Shown here in pieces: positions 18,040 through 26,669 of a stretch of 64,000 bases of DNA. Each line of letters begins with the position of its first letter. Position 1 is the stretch's first letter. The position numbers and the translations under genes were made by a program. This DNA comes from a virus. A model generated the notes under the pieces. That model was not told the origin of the DNA. It searched no databases and saw nothing but the letters and a program-made list of their open reading frames with translations. Location: positions 26,232 through 90,231 of IMG/VR virus record IMGVR_UViG_3300030390_001550; one strand, given 5' to 3'.

Positions 18040-18347
18040 TGATATTAAACGTCACAGACAAGGCAAAAGAATATATGACCCATCAGTTAGTTTTGGCTGA
18101 GAAAAATTATGTACTTCTTGAGGTAAAGGGTGGCGGTTGTAGTGGTTTTAAATATGAATGGTCGTATGTTGAGGATAATTCAAAAGGCACTCTGATTGAT
18201 AATATATTGGTTCTTGATGCTATGGCAGAAATGTTTGTCTTTGGATGTACTGTTGATTACATAACAGAACTTGGTGGTAATTATTTAATAGTACAAAATC
18301 CAAATGCAAAAGCACAATGTGGTTGTGGAGAAAGTTTTGCAGTCTAA
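18039..18347 (+). CDS. iscA: A-type Fe-S carrier protein (IscA/SufA/HesB)
   Basis: VKGGGCSGFKY, VDY, NPNAKAQCGCGESF. Confidence 0.92.
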   Translation: MILNVTDKAKEYMTHQLVLAEKNYVLLEVKGGGCSGFKYEWSYVEDNSKGTLIDNILVLDAMAEMFVFGCTVDYITELGGNYLIVQNPNAKAQCGCGESFAV

Positions 18348-18449
18348 AGATTGGTATTGGTTAAATGACGATGGTAAGTATGTTGTTGATTGGGACTTAC
18401 TAATGGATGCGATGATAAATGAATTAAAGAAAGAAATATCAAAAAAGAG

Positions 18450-18478
18450 TTGACAAGCCTTCTTAACTATGCTAAATT
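18450..18478 (+). promoter_or_regulatory. sigma70-type early promoter
   Basis: TTGACA-17-TAAATT followed by ATAAGAGTA leader. Confidence 0.65.
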
Positions 18479-18510
18479 ATAAGAGTAGAAAGAATTATGA
18501 AAGTGTTACC

Positions 18511-18777
18511 ATGATTTATAAACAGACCATAAAAGATTCTCGCGATAAAAATAATACCTTGTATGGTATTGGTCGTAAAGATTCTATGCATGGTAAACAA
18601 CCAGATGAAGGTGGTTATGCTGTTTGGGTTCGTAGAGGTAATTATTCTGGTAGTGCAAAAGGCGGCATCGCATATACATGGCGAAAGGTTAAAGGTGATC
18701 TAGGTTATGTTGAGGCTGTAAAGTTGATGAATAAAAGACTTAAAAGAAAAGAGTTTGTTGAAGAATTACCAAAATAA
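18511..18777 (+). CDS. hypothetical early protein
   Basis: ORF after promoter. Confidence 0.55.
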   Translation: MIYKQTIKDSRDKNNTLYGIGRKDSMHGKQPDEGGYAVWVRRGNYSGSAKGGIAYTWRKVKGDLGYVEAVKLMNKRLKRKEFVEELPK

Positions 18778-18784
18778 AAGTTTT

Positions 18785-18860
18785 GGTCTCTTGGCTCAAT
18801 GGATAGAGCAACGGCCTTCTAAGCCGTAGGTTGCAAGTTCGAGTCTTGCAGAGACCGCCA
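18785..18860 (+). tRNA. tRNA-Arg(TCT)
   Basis: GGTCTCT/AGAGACC acceptor, ACGGC-CTTCTAA-GCCGT, GCAAG-TTCGAGT-CTTGC, CCA. Confidence 0.95.
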
Positions 18861-18865
18861 AGAAA

Positions 18866-19054
18866 CTGAGTGAAAAGTTAAATTGGAACACGAAGTGTTG
18901 GAGTTTAAAAAATCATTCAGTGAAATCCTAGTTGTTTTGAAGCCTTGCAAGGTCATTCTAGGTCGGTGAATACTCTGTACCGACGAAAACCAGAGCGGAA
19001 TTGTCAACGAGAAAGACAAATAGGGGGTGGAGATTGTGCATAGTCTCCACCCTT
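18866..19054 (+). ncRNA. candidate structured RNA (hairpins plus H-type pseudoknot)
   Basis: Five abutting helical domains between tRNA-Arg and next RBS; see findings. Confidence 0.55.
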
Positions 19055-19078
19055 GACCCTAATATAAGGAATAACGAG

Positions 19079-19267
19079 TTGTATAAATTAGAACGAAATG
19101 GTAAAATTGTAGAACGTATCGTAATGTCTGGTGATCTGGGATATAAAGTTTATCAGATTCCAGAAATAATTGATTTAGTGTTTGATACAAAAGAACAAGC
19201 CAAACAAGTGGCAAATATATTGGACGCTAAAGTTGTAGTCCATCAAGAATATGCAAGAGTAGCATAA
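19079..19267 (+). CDS. hypothetical protein
   Basis: AAGGA RBS at 19066 favours TTG 19079 over the track start at 19001. Confidence 0.5.
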   Translation: MYKLERNGKIVERIVMSGDLGYKVYQIPEIIDLVFDTKEQAKQVANILDAKVVVHQEYARVA

Positions 19268-19289
19268 GGAATAAAATAAGGAGATTGCA

Positions 19290-19514
19290 ATGCTTACATG
19301 CTTAATAGTTGCAGGATCATTATGGATAGGTGATGACACTAGGATGTTTCCAACACAAGGAGCGTTTTATTTTATTAAACAAAGAGATGTGATTGTAATT
19401 TATGATAATTCAAAACGAACAAGAATCGCTAGTTTTGTAATACCAAAGAATGTTAAAGGCGATACTATAAAAGAAGTATTTGAAAATTGTAATAACGCTC
19501 CCATGGTGGAATAG
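19290..19514 (+). CDS. hypothetical protein
   Basis: AAGGAG RBS; 3' end runs into tRNA-Leu. Confidence 0.55.
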   Translation: MLTCLIVAGSLWIGDDTRMFPTQGAFYFIKQRDVIVIYDNSKRTRIASFVIPKNVKGDTIKEVFENCNNAPMVE

Positions 19515-19583
19515 GTAGACACACCAGACTTAAAATCTGTTGCCCATAGTGGCGTCCCAGTTCAAGTCTGGGTGGGAGTACCA
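19497..19583 (+). tRNA. tRNA-Leu(TAA)
   Basis: GCTCCCA/TGGGAGT acceptor, A73, CCA, loop CTTAAAA, type II variable arm. Confidence 0.93.
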
Positions 19584-19589
19584 AATAAC

Positions 19590-19665
19590 GCGAGAGTAGC
19601 ATAGTGGTTAATGCGCACCGCTCATAACGGTTTGATCGTAGGTTCAAATCCTACCTCTCGCACCA
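19590..19665 (+). tRNA. tRNA with CAT anticodon (Met or Ile2)
   Basis: GCGAGAG/CTCTCGC acceptor, loop CTCATAA, GTAGG-TTCAAAT-CCTAC, CCA. Confidence 0.9.
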
Positions 19666-19667
19666 AT

Positions 19668-19675
19668 TATAAATA
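19668..19675 (+). promoter_or_regulatory. T4-type late promoter TATAAATA
   Basis: Exact motif, intergenic, 31 nt before ATG 19707. Confidence 0.7.
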
Positions 19676-19706
19676 GCACTATATAAACTAACAAAGGATA
19701 TTTCAA

Positions 19707-20024
19707 ATGGCAATTAAACCCCCCGCATGGGCAAAAGGCTCACATCCAACAATTAGTGGTTGGATGAAAGGTAGAGAGTTACTTGTGGCAAAAACAATAT
19801 CTCAATCGGATATTGATGAATGGAATGGTACTTTAGGTCAACCAGTACCACCTGCTCCAAAACCAGAGCCAGAGCCAGTAGTAGTAGTAGAAGAAGATTT
19901 TTCTGAGATTGAAAATATGTCTAAAAGAGAATTAGAAGAATTTGCAAGAACTAAAGGTGTAGAATTAGACAGACGCCAAAGTAAAAGATCATTGCTTACC
20001 ATTGTAAAGGATGTTATGAAATAA
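19707..20024 (+). CDS. hypothetical protein with Pro-rich linker and Rho-N-like C-terminus
   Basis: MSKRELEEFARTKGVELDRRQSK motif. Confidence 0.55.
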   Translation: MAIKPPAWAKGSHPTISGWMKGRELLVAKTISQSDIDEWNGTLGQPVPPAPKPEPEPVVVVEEDFSEIENMSKRELEEFARTKGVELDRRQSKRSLLTIVKDVMK

Positions 20025-20287
20025 TGGATATTAAAGGGCCAGCATATTCACATAATTATGCGAGTCAACCACTGGAACTAATTGTAAAGACTCAAGCAGC
20101 GAAAGAACTTCAAATGAATATAGTTGAACAAACTCGCCGTAGAACTGAGTTAACAGTGAGACAACCACAAAAAGCATTAGGTAACTCATATGAAGGTCAT
20201 GCTGGTACATATGGTGCAGATGGTAAAAAAATGCATATACCACAAGTTGAGGGGGTTAAACCAAAAAGCATAGATATTCAAGTATAG
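20024..20287 (+). CDS. hypothetical protein
   Basis: TAATG-coupled ORF. Confidence 0.55.
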   Translation: MDIKGPAYSHNYASQPLELIVKTQAAKELQMNIVEQTRRRTELTVRQPQKALGNSYEGHAGTYGADGKKMHIPQVEGVKPKSIDIQV

Positions 20288-20305
20288 TATAAGGAACTGA
20301 TTATT

Positions 20306-20563
20306 ATGAAGGTTATAAAAGCACAAGATATTATAAGTGAACCTCGCTCAGTGGGTTGGAATGATCCTATCGCTAATAAAACTTTTCCAGAAGATGGTCC
20401 ACTTAAATTTGCTACAGAAAATGGAACTAACAATGTTTCTAGGCAAGAACTGGTAACATACAAAAGACGTAATGGTAAAATGGTAAGAGAGACTGTAGTG
20501 AGAGTATTTTCAACAAATGATTACATAGATCATACTAATACCGTAATCTTATCCGAATTATAA
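20306..20563 (+). CDS. hypothetical protein
   Basis: ORF with AAGGA RBS. Confidence 0.55.
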   Translation: MKVIKAQDIISEPRSVGWNDPIANKTFPEDGPLKFATENGTNNVSRQELVTYKRRNGKMVRETVVRVFSTNDYIDHTNTVILSEL

Positions 20564-20578
20564 AATAAGGAGAGAGCG

Positions 20579-20788
20579 ATGCGTGAATTATTAATAAGAG
20601 CATTTAAAAGCCATTCTCAAGGCCATATTGATAAACACCTAGCCAATTTTGAAGTGTATCTTCATAATGCTGCTGGAGTTGGAGAACATCCAGATATTAT
20701 TGAAGCAATGGAAATGGAAATGGAACAAGTTGCAAAATACCACGATTTACTTGAAATGGTGGAAAAATATGTTGAGAGTGATATTTGA
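20579..20788 (+). CDS. conserved marine T4-like hypothetical protein
   Basis: GHIDKHLANFEVYL.N..GVGEHPDI motif; strong RBS. Confidence 0.65.
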   Translation: MRELLIRAFKSHSQGHIDKHLANFEVYLHNAAGVGEHPDIIEAMEMEMEQVAKYHDLLEMVEKYVESDI

Positions 20789-21435
20789 CTCTAAATATTA
20801 AAAATGGGGTCAACAATTGTTGGGTATCACCTATATTAAAAACATCAATCACTAAGACTGAGTGTGATAGATTGTTTACTGATATAATGATTGCTCATAG
20901 TGTTGACTCCAAAACAGGAAATAAAAAAAGAAAAAACTTTAAAGGTTTAGGTGATAAATCTGATAAGGGTATGCATATTGGGCAAATTGATATAGAGGAA
21001 GATTTGCTGCTTAGAACTTGTGCAGATAGATTTTTTGGTGAATATTTTGATAAGGTTTTGGGTATCAATTTAAAAGATTTTGATTACAGATATTCATCTG
21101 CGTTTAATATTAATCGTGGTAGGGGGTCAATGCCAATTCATCAACATCAAGAGGTTGATTTTATTTCAGTTGTCTACTTATATGCAGATGCAGAAGATGG
21201 ACAAATAGTTCTGCATGATCCAAGATGGGCGATAGCATCTAAAGGTTATAAAACTGAATTTTTAGACCATTATGGTTCTATAGAATTTACACCAAAAACT
21301 GGAGATGTTCTTGTAATGCCAGCCTACATATATCATTCAGTAAAACAAAGTTTAGCACCTCTAAGAGTGTCTATGCCTATTGACTTAATTATTAATTCAA
21401 ATGATGAGGAAATAAAAAATGAAATATGTTATTGA
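20785..21435 (+). CDS. 2OG-Fe(II) oxygenase-like protein
   Basis: HQH, SVVYL, LHDPR, PKTGDVLVMPAYIYHSV, RVS. Confidence 0.75.
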   Translation: MTLNIKNGVNNCWVSPILKTSITKTECDRLFTDIMIAHSVDSKTGNKKRKNFKGLGDKSDKGMHIGQIDIEEDLLLRTCADRFFGEYFDKVLGINLKDFDYRYSSAFNINRGRGSMPIHQHQEVDFISVVYLYADAEDGQIVLHDPRWAIASKGYKTEFLDHYGSIEFTPKTGDVLVMPAYIYHSVKQSLAPLRVSMPIDLIINSNDEEIKNEICY

Positions 21436-21751
21436 TATTGATGGAACGATTTGTAATGAGGTTTTAAAACCTGATGGTAAAAAAGACTATGAATTGCATG
21501 AACCCATGATGAATAGGATTGAAAAGGTAAATAAATTATATGATGCTGGTCATACTATAAAATATATGACTGCAAGAGGTTGTGTGAGTGGTGTTGATTA
21601 TGAACCTCTTACTAGGAGACAACTTATGGCTTGGGGTGCAAAATATCACGAATTGAGTGTTGGTAAAAAAGAACATTATGATATTTGGATTGATGACAAA
21701 GCATTTTGGTCTGAGAACTTTTTCCGAGAAACTGGGGAAACTTATGAGTAG
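21419..21751 (+). CDS. HAD phosphatase (capsule-biosynthesis phosphatase-like)
   Basis: DIDGT, TARG, WIDDKA. Confidence 0.8.
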   Translation: MKYVIDIDGTICNEVLKPDGKKDYELHEPMMNRIEKVNKLYDAGHTIKYMTARGCVSGVDYEPLTRRQLMAWGAKYHELSVGKKEHYDIWIDDKAFWSENFFRETGETYE

Positions 21752-21896
21752 GATTCCTATGAAGGGCGGTGATGAGTACGATGGTCTTACTAAGGCTCGT
21801 AAATATTACAACTGGAGTAAGGGACAACTTAAAAAAATCAAACGTGGTTATAATAAGAGATTTCGTAAAGTAGGAAAAAAAATAACATATGAGTGA
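21744..21896 (+). CDS. small basic hypothetical protein
   Basis: MSRIPMKGGDEYDGLT...IKRGYNKRFRK. Confidence 0.55.
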   Translation: MSRIPMKGGDEYDGLTKARKYYNWSKGQLKKIKRGYNKRFRKVGKKITYE

Positions 21897-22615
21897 TTAT
21901 GATAATATATTTTAGAAATTATTTTAGAAATAAAACTTTAAATTTAACAGTAAAGAGTGTTAGGTATTTTATGCCTAACGCAGAAATAAATTGTGTATGT
22001 TTTTATGACAAAGATGTATCTGAATATGATAATTTTGAAAAAATATGTGGAGTAGATAATATAATCTATAAGAAAACATCCTATCCAAATGATACAAATA
22101 TTTCTCCAGAAATTTCAAATAATCAAAAAACTTCTGGATCATTGGGTAGTAGAAATTTAAAAATTTTTACTGAGGGATATAATACTATTTTTAGTGAGGT
22201 AAAAAATAGAGATGAAAAAGTTTTATTACTCACAGAAGATCATTTTTTTACAAATGGAAAAACATTAAAAGAATTGCTTAATTCTGACTTTAGCCTAGCA
22301 TATGCAAGATTTGGTAAAGGCGTTCACACAATAAAACAAAACGATAGATTTTTACCTAACGCTAGTATAATTTGTTTTTTACCTAAAAAAATAAAACATC
22401 TATTTCCCTTAAATCTTGTAACTACAAAAAATAGTAAAGACCCTTGGTCTAATGCGATTGAGTACCATCTGAAAAAAATATTAATAGATCGTGTAAAATT
22501 AAACGAATTACATATAATTTCAACTAGAAATCATGCTAACTATATGGGAGATGGATTGCTTACCAATGATTATTTAGATATTGAAAATAGATTAAAGAAT
22601 TGTGATATTATATGA
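21893..22615 (+). CDS. putative glycosyltransferase
   Basis: LLTEDHFF DxD-like motif; next to nucleotidyltransferase. Confidence 0.4.
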   Translation: MIMIIYFRNYFRNKTLNLTVKSVRYFMPNAEINCVCFYDKDVSEYDNFEKICGVDNIIYKKTSYPNDTNISPEISNNQKTSGSLGSRNLKIFTEGYNTIFSEVKNRDEKVLLLTEDHFFTNGKTLKELLNSDFSLAYARFGKGVHTIKQNDRFLPNASIICFLPKKIKHLFPLNLVTTKNSKDPWSNAIEYHLKKILIDRVKLNELHIISTRNHANYMGDGLLTNDYLDIENRLKNCDII

Positions 22616-23280
22616 TAACAGGAATTGTACCTATAGGTGGTTTTGGGACAAGATTAGGAATGACATTTTCAAAAGAAATGTTACCTCAAAGAAATTACAA
22701 ATACTATAATCCAGTATCAAATCATTTGGTTTCAAAGATGATAGATGCAGGTGCTAAAAAAATAATATTTATTCATGGTGATGAATTAAAAAGTGATGTT
22801 ACTTCTTTTTTTACTAATGATAATTTTATTCATATTTGTCAGAAAAAATCTGGTTTCGCAAACGTGTTAGTTGAGTTTTTAGATTATAATCATACGACTA
22901 AAAATGATATATTATTTTTTGGTATGCCTGATACTATTTTTGAGAATAACCCCTTTATTGAAATGGCCTCAATTAAAGGCGTAGTTGCTGGAACATTTAT
23001 TACTGATGACGAATCTAAAGTTGATAGATTGGAAAAAAATATGAAAAATTTTAAAGTTAAATCTAAAATGGAAAGAATGTTATCAAATAGGTTTTGGGGT
23101 GTGCTAAAATTTGATGGAAAAAACCTAATTGATGCTTATGAACAAAACCTATTTAAAAAATACACTGAGGTCGGAGATATAGTTAATTCATTAGGTTTTA
23201 AGATTGTTGATGGTAGAAAGTATATAGATTTAGGTACTTGGAATAATTATAATAGGTACTTATCTCATGGTTACTATTGA
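22612..23280 (+). CDS. sugar-phosphate nucleotidyltransferase-like
   Basis: PIGGFGTRLG...KEMLP, GMPDT, YIDLGT. Confidence 0.75.
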   Translation: MITGIVPIGGFGTRLGMTFSKEMLPQRNYKYYNPVSNHLVSKMIDAGAKKIIFIHGDELKSDVTSFFTNDNFIHICQKKSGFANVLVEFLDYNHTTKNDILFFGMPDTIFENNPFIEMASIKGVVAGTFITDDESKVDRLEKNMKNFKVKSKMERMLSNRFWGVLKFDGKNLIDAYEQNLFKKYTEVGDIVNSLGFKIVDGRKYIDLGTWNNYNRYLSHGYY

Positions 23281-23626
23281 AGTTGATGAATCTTATGCGT
23301 TTGATTTTTTAAGCATCGCTTGGGTAAAAAAAATTAAAAAATTAAAAAATGCAGATGAACAATTCTTTTTTTATTTTGAAAATATCAAATATCAAATAGG
23401 TAGCGATCTATTTTATGAAATAATTGAGTCCTCAGAGTATAATTCTTTGATCCACTATAATGAAAGAATATACGAAAAGTTAGAAGAAATTAGATGTAAT
23501 AATTGCATAGTTTCAGCAAAAATAATTGACGATTTGAATACTTGTAGATATCATTCAAAAGTAAAACTTCAAAAAAGTTTTTTTGGGAAAGATATAAAAG
23601 AAATTAAAAGTGATATGATGACGTAA
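23267..23626 (+). CDS. hypothetical protein
   Basis: D.LSI..K and N..R...K motifs; overlaps upstream gene. Confidence 0.55.
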   Translation: MVTIEVDESYAFDFLSIAWVKKIKKLKNADEQFFFYFENIKYQIGSDLFYEIIESSEYNSLIHYNERIYEKLEEIRCNNCIVSAKIIDDLNTCRYHSKVKLQKSFFGKDIKEIKSDMMT

Positions 23627-23654
23627 CATCACGAAATAATTTCTGTATAATTTG

Positions 23655-23662
23655 TATAAATA
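23655..23662 (+). promoter_or_regulatory. T4-type late promoter TATAAATA
   Basis: Exact motif, intergenic. Confidence 0.65.
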
Positions 23663-23686
23663 TTACTGAATAACGGAGTTTTTTTT

Positions 23687-23842
23687 ATGATAAAGTTAAC
23701 TGAAAACGACGAGATAGCCCAATGTCGCAAAATTATATCAGAACAATATAATCAAATTGAACTATTGAAAAAACACTTGGCAGACGAAACAAGAGAGAAA
23801 TATGGTTATATAAAACGTATAAAGGAATTGTTAAATGGTTAA
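23687..23842 (+). CDS. 51-aa coiled-coil hypothetical protein
   Basis: MIKLTENDEIAQCRKII...; GGAG RBS. Confidence 0.5.
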   Translation: MIKLTENDEIAQCRKIISEQYNQIELLKKHLADETREKYGYIKRIKELLNG

Positions 23843-24233
23843 ATTATATTATGCCTTGATTTTATCTTTTGTTTTAATTTCAAGTGCATTCGCTCAAAGT
23901 AAAGATAAAGTCCCGAAAGAATCTCCACAAGAGATGCCTCAAATGGACCCTAGTACTTCTACACCCGTTGCTATGAGAAGTATATGTGATGAACCAAAAA
24001 AAATAAAAGAAATAATTGATCAATATGGAGAAAAGAAATTATTTGATGCTTTTGGAATAACCTTTGTAATACCACCTAATTATCCACCAGAATATGCTAA
24101 ACAGTTGAACGGAATTACTTCAATGTTTGTTAATCCAGATACTGGAACTTTTTCTATTATATTTAAAGGTGAGGGGTTTTCATGTCTAATTTTAAATGGA
24201 AATAAATTTACTCCAGGTGGAATAGACCAATGA
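23835..24233 (+). CDS. secreted/periplasmic hypothetical protein
   Basis: Signal peptide ending AFA, two Cys. Confidence 0.6.
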   Translation: MVKLYYALILSFVLISSAFAQSKDKVPKESPQEMPQMDPSTSTPVAMRSICDEPKKIKEIIDQYGEKKLFDAFGITFVIPPNYPPEYAKQLNGITSMFVNPDTGTFSIIFKGEGFSCLILNGNKFTPGGIDQ

Positions 24234-24541
24234 ATTATGCTGCATGGATATTGTACTCTTTGTTTAGTTTAAACGATGGGCAAGCGTATGTTATTCAAGG
24301 CCAAAATTTTAAGACTTCTCAAGAATGTGTTGTATTCGCAAAAGCAAATATAAGAGGTCTTGGTACAACAATGTATAATGAATTATCTAGACAATATGGA
24401 GAAGGAAATTTTGTGCCATTGGAAATAGGATGTGTTCCTAAAAAACCAAACGGTTCAGATGATCCTGCAAAACGTATTCCAATTGTTGCTATGCCAAGAG
24501 AACTTTATCCAAAGGTAGAAGATCAAGGGATTGCTTTATGA
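24230..24541 (+). CDS. hypothetical protein
   Basis: Overlapping ORF with Cys pair. Confidence 0.55.
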   Translation: MNYAAWILYSLFSLNDGQAYVIQGQNFKTSQECVVFAKANIRGLGTTMYNELSRQYGEGNFVPLEIGCVPKKPNGSDDPAKRIPIVAMPRELYPKVEDQGIAL

Positions 24542-24780
24542 TACATGATATGGCTATTTCTTGGTTAAATTTTATAAAAAGAAAAACTCAGCGTAAAACT
24601 GATCCAAAATTTTTAAGAGAATTATCTGATATGTATCATAAAGAGAGAACTGAAAATTTTAGAGAGAATATAAGAAATATGCAAAATAGAAGCAGACAAA
24701 TTAAAGAAATGCAAACTGAAAAGCAAGAATCTTATCACGATTATATTGCAAGAAGATTGAGGGAAACAAAAGATGAGTGA
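24538..24780 (+). CDS. hypothetical protein
   Basis: Overlapping ORF. Confidence 0.5.
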   Translation: MIHDMAISWLNFIKRKTQRKTDPKFLRELSDMYHKERTENFRENIRNMQNRSRQIKEMQTEKQESYHDYIARRLRETKDE

Positions 24781-25036
24781 TGATATTTTTGACTTTGGAT
24801 TTACAGCAGTTACTGAAGATGAATTAGAGACCGTACAAGAACTCACTCAAAAATCCACATCTAGTGCTGAAAATCTAGATGCTGTTCAAGATAAAATTGA
24901 TAAACTTTATAATGCAATAATCCCCTTGCTCAATAACCTTAAAAAGAATCCACAAAAAGATTATATTCATTGGCCCAACAGACTCACGAAAGTTGAGCAG
25001 TTTGAAGAAATGTTAACTAAGATTTATAAATTATAG
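24773..25036 (+). CDS. conserved T4-like hypothetical protein
   Basis: FDFGFTAV.EDEL...PLLNNLKKNP.KDYI.WPNR. Confidence 0.7.
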   Translation: MSDDIFDFGFTAVTEDELETVQELTQKSTSSAENLDAVQDKIDKLYNAIIPLLNNLKKNPQKDYIHWPNRLTKVEQFEEMLTKIYKL

Positions 25037-25038
25037 AG

Positions 25039-25095
25039 TTGACAATCTAATTTAAATATCGTAAGTTATAAGAGTAAAGAGAATCACTTGAAAGG
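25039..25095 (+). promoter_or_regulatory. early promoter + conserved leader cassette
   Basis: TTGACA-17-TAAGTT-ATAAGAGTAAAGAGAATCACTTGAAAGG. Confidence 0.8.
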
Positions 25096-25101
25096 GTTCC
25101 T

Positions 25102-25743
25102 ATGCTCATTTATCAAACACACCAAAAGCCCATTGCACAAAATCTACAATCTCTTAACTGGGATAATTCAGATATTATGTCATACTTGGCGTATCTCAAT
25201 AAGAAGCAGACTCTTATTGAAACTGGTCGCAAACATGGCAAGTATAGTCGTGACTCAGATCGTTCAAAAGTTTATAATGCTGAGTTTAAGTATGAACGTA
25301 CTTATGGTATGGGCAAGAAATTCAAAAACCTCGCAGAAGCACAAAAGTATTGTGACCACGTTCTCGCCTCAAAGACTTGGCAGAAAATGTCAAACACTAC
25401 TCATATTGCTTTGTCTACCATGCATGGCAATAGAACTGCTGGTCGCGCTTGGAGAAATAATATTGATCTGAATGTCAAAGGTGGAATGAACCAGTATGTT
25501 CTCATTCATGAGATGGCTCATTGTGCTGGTAATATGCACCACGACACTCAGTTTCGGATTGATCTATTGAAGTTGGTATCTCGTTTCATTGGTAAAGAGC
25601 AAGCAGAATATCTCAAGGCTTGTTTCAAGGAAAAGAAACTCAAACTCAAAATCAATACTAATGTCATGAAGCCTGATGCTTGGATGAAAATGAACAAGCG
25701 TATGGAAATGGCAAGAGATAAAAGGGTTGACATTGCAGCATAA
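25102..25743 (+). CDS. HEXXH metallopeptidase-like early protein (SprT-like)
   Basis: VLIHEMAH...H...F. Confidence 0.7.
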   Translation: MLIYQTHQKPIAQNLQSLNWDNSDIMSYLAYLNKKQTLIETGRKHGKYSRDSDRSKVYNAEFKYERTYGMGKKFKNLAEAQKYCDHVLASKTWQKMSNTTHIALSTMHGNRTAGRAWRNNIDLNVKGGMNQYVLIHEMAHCAGNMHHDTQFRIDLLKLVSRFIGKEQAEYLKACFKEKKLKLKINTNVMKPDAWMKMNKRMEMARDKRVDIAA

Positions 25744-25783
25744 TTATCGTAGTTTATAAGAGTAAAGAGAATCACTTGAAAGG
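25727..25783 (+). promoter_or_regulatory. early promoter + conserved leader cassette
   Basis: TTGACA-17-TAGTTT-ATAAGAGTAAAGAGAATCACTTGAAAGG. Confidence 0.8.
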
Positions 25784-25792
25784 ATTTAGACC

Positions 25793-26164
25793 ATGACTAA
25801 GTTTAACAAAGCAGATTTTAGCTACCACGGTGGATACTTAACGTACACAGGCGATTATGAAGGTCGCCCAGTATGGCAGACAACAACAGCAGCGGGAGGC
25901 TCAGTCCACCCATCACTTGTTGGAAAAGGCAAAGATTTGTTCATTGCACGGTTCAAGCATCGTGGACCTTTCACCAAAGCAAAGTTTCTTGCTGAACTAG
26001 TAAAGTCTTTTACAGTTGAAGAGTATGTTGAAGAGCGGGCAAAAGATGGACTTGATAGTTCTCCCTTGCAAATCCTTCGGAATAAAAATGAAGATTGGTA
26101 CTATAAAGTAATGTTTGCTTGGAAGAATAAAAATACACCAATCTGTGCTTACGATCACGCATAA
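25793..26164 (+). CDS. hypothetical early protein
   Basis: ORF behind cassette; FIARFK motif. Confidence 0.65.
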   Translation: MTKFNKADFSYHGGYLTYTGDYEGRPVWQTTTAAGGSVHPSLVGKGKDLFIARFKHRGPFTKAKFLAELVKSFTVEEYVEERAKDGLDSSPLQILRNKNEDWYYKVMFAWKNKNTPICAYDHA

Positions 26165-26183
26165 AGTTTTCTTCTTAATGGTA

Positions 26184-26239
26184 TTGACACTCTTACTCTT
26201 ATATCGTAGTTTATAAGAGTAAGAGAATCACTTGAAAGG
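26184..26239 (+). promoter_or_regulatory. early promoter + leader cassette containing 14-bp inverted repeat
   Basis: TTGACA-17-TAGTTT-ATAAGAGTAAGAGAATCACTTGAAAGG. Confidence 0.8.
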
Positions 26240-26246
26240 TTTCATC

Positions 26247-26423
26247 ATGACTGAATATAGGGAAGTCGCCCAAATGCTTCGGCAGTTGATCAAAAACACA
26301 AACTCACCAGAGAGTCCAATTCCTGCTGGACATATTATGGTATTATCAGAGATGCTTGATGAAAAGGCAGATAGTGTTGAGTTAGAGATGATAATTGAAA
26401 TGCAAAGAAAGGCAGTCGCATGA
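26247..26423 (+). CDS. hypothetical early protein
   Basis: ATG 7 nt after GAAAGG. Confidence 0.6.
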   Translation: MTEYREVAQMLRQLIKNTNSPESPIPAGHIMVLSEMLDEKADSVELEMIIEMQRKAVA

Positions 26424-26668
26424 AAATGAAAGTTGTAAGTTCAAATGGATACACTATTGGTGATTTCCAAGAGGCATTTGATAAGTTGACCCAAAATATG
26501 GAAAACTGGAAAATGCCAATCAAATCCACAATTCGGATTGCTGAGTTGACATTGATGAGTGAAGCGTGTACTTGGTTTACTGGATCAGAATTGACTCAAA
26601 CAAACCACAATGGTGATGGAACTATGGAAGTTAGTGCTGATGGTTATTACATGGCAATAGGAGCATAA
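26420..26668 (+). CDS. hypothetical protein
   Basis: NWKMPI...WFTG...ADGYY. Confidence 0.6.
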   Translation: MKMKVVSSNGYTIGDFQEAFDKLTQNMENWKMPIKSTIRIAELTLMSEACTWFTGSELTQTNHNGDGTMEVSADGYYMAIGA

Positions 26669-26669
26669 A

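Noticed and set aside
18866-19054. Hammerhead ribozyme or tmRNA identity for the structured RNA
   Set aside because: CTGAGTGA and GACGAAAAC resemble but do not form the CUGANGA/GAAA core in the right order; no tRNA-like acceptor/T-arm with CCA and no tag ORF seen
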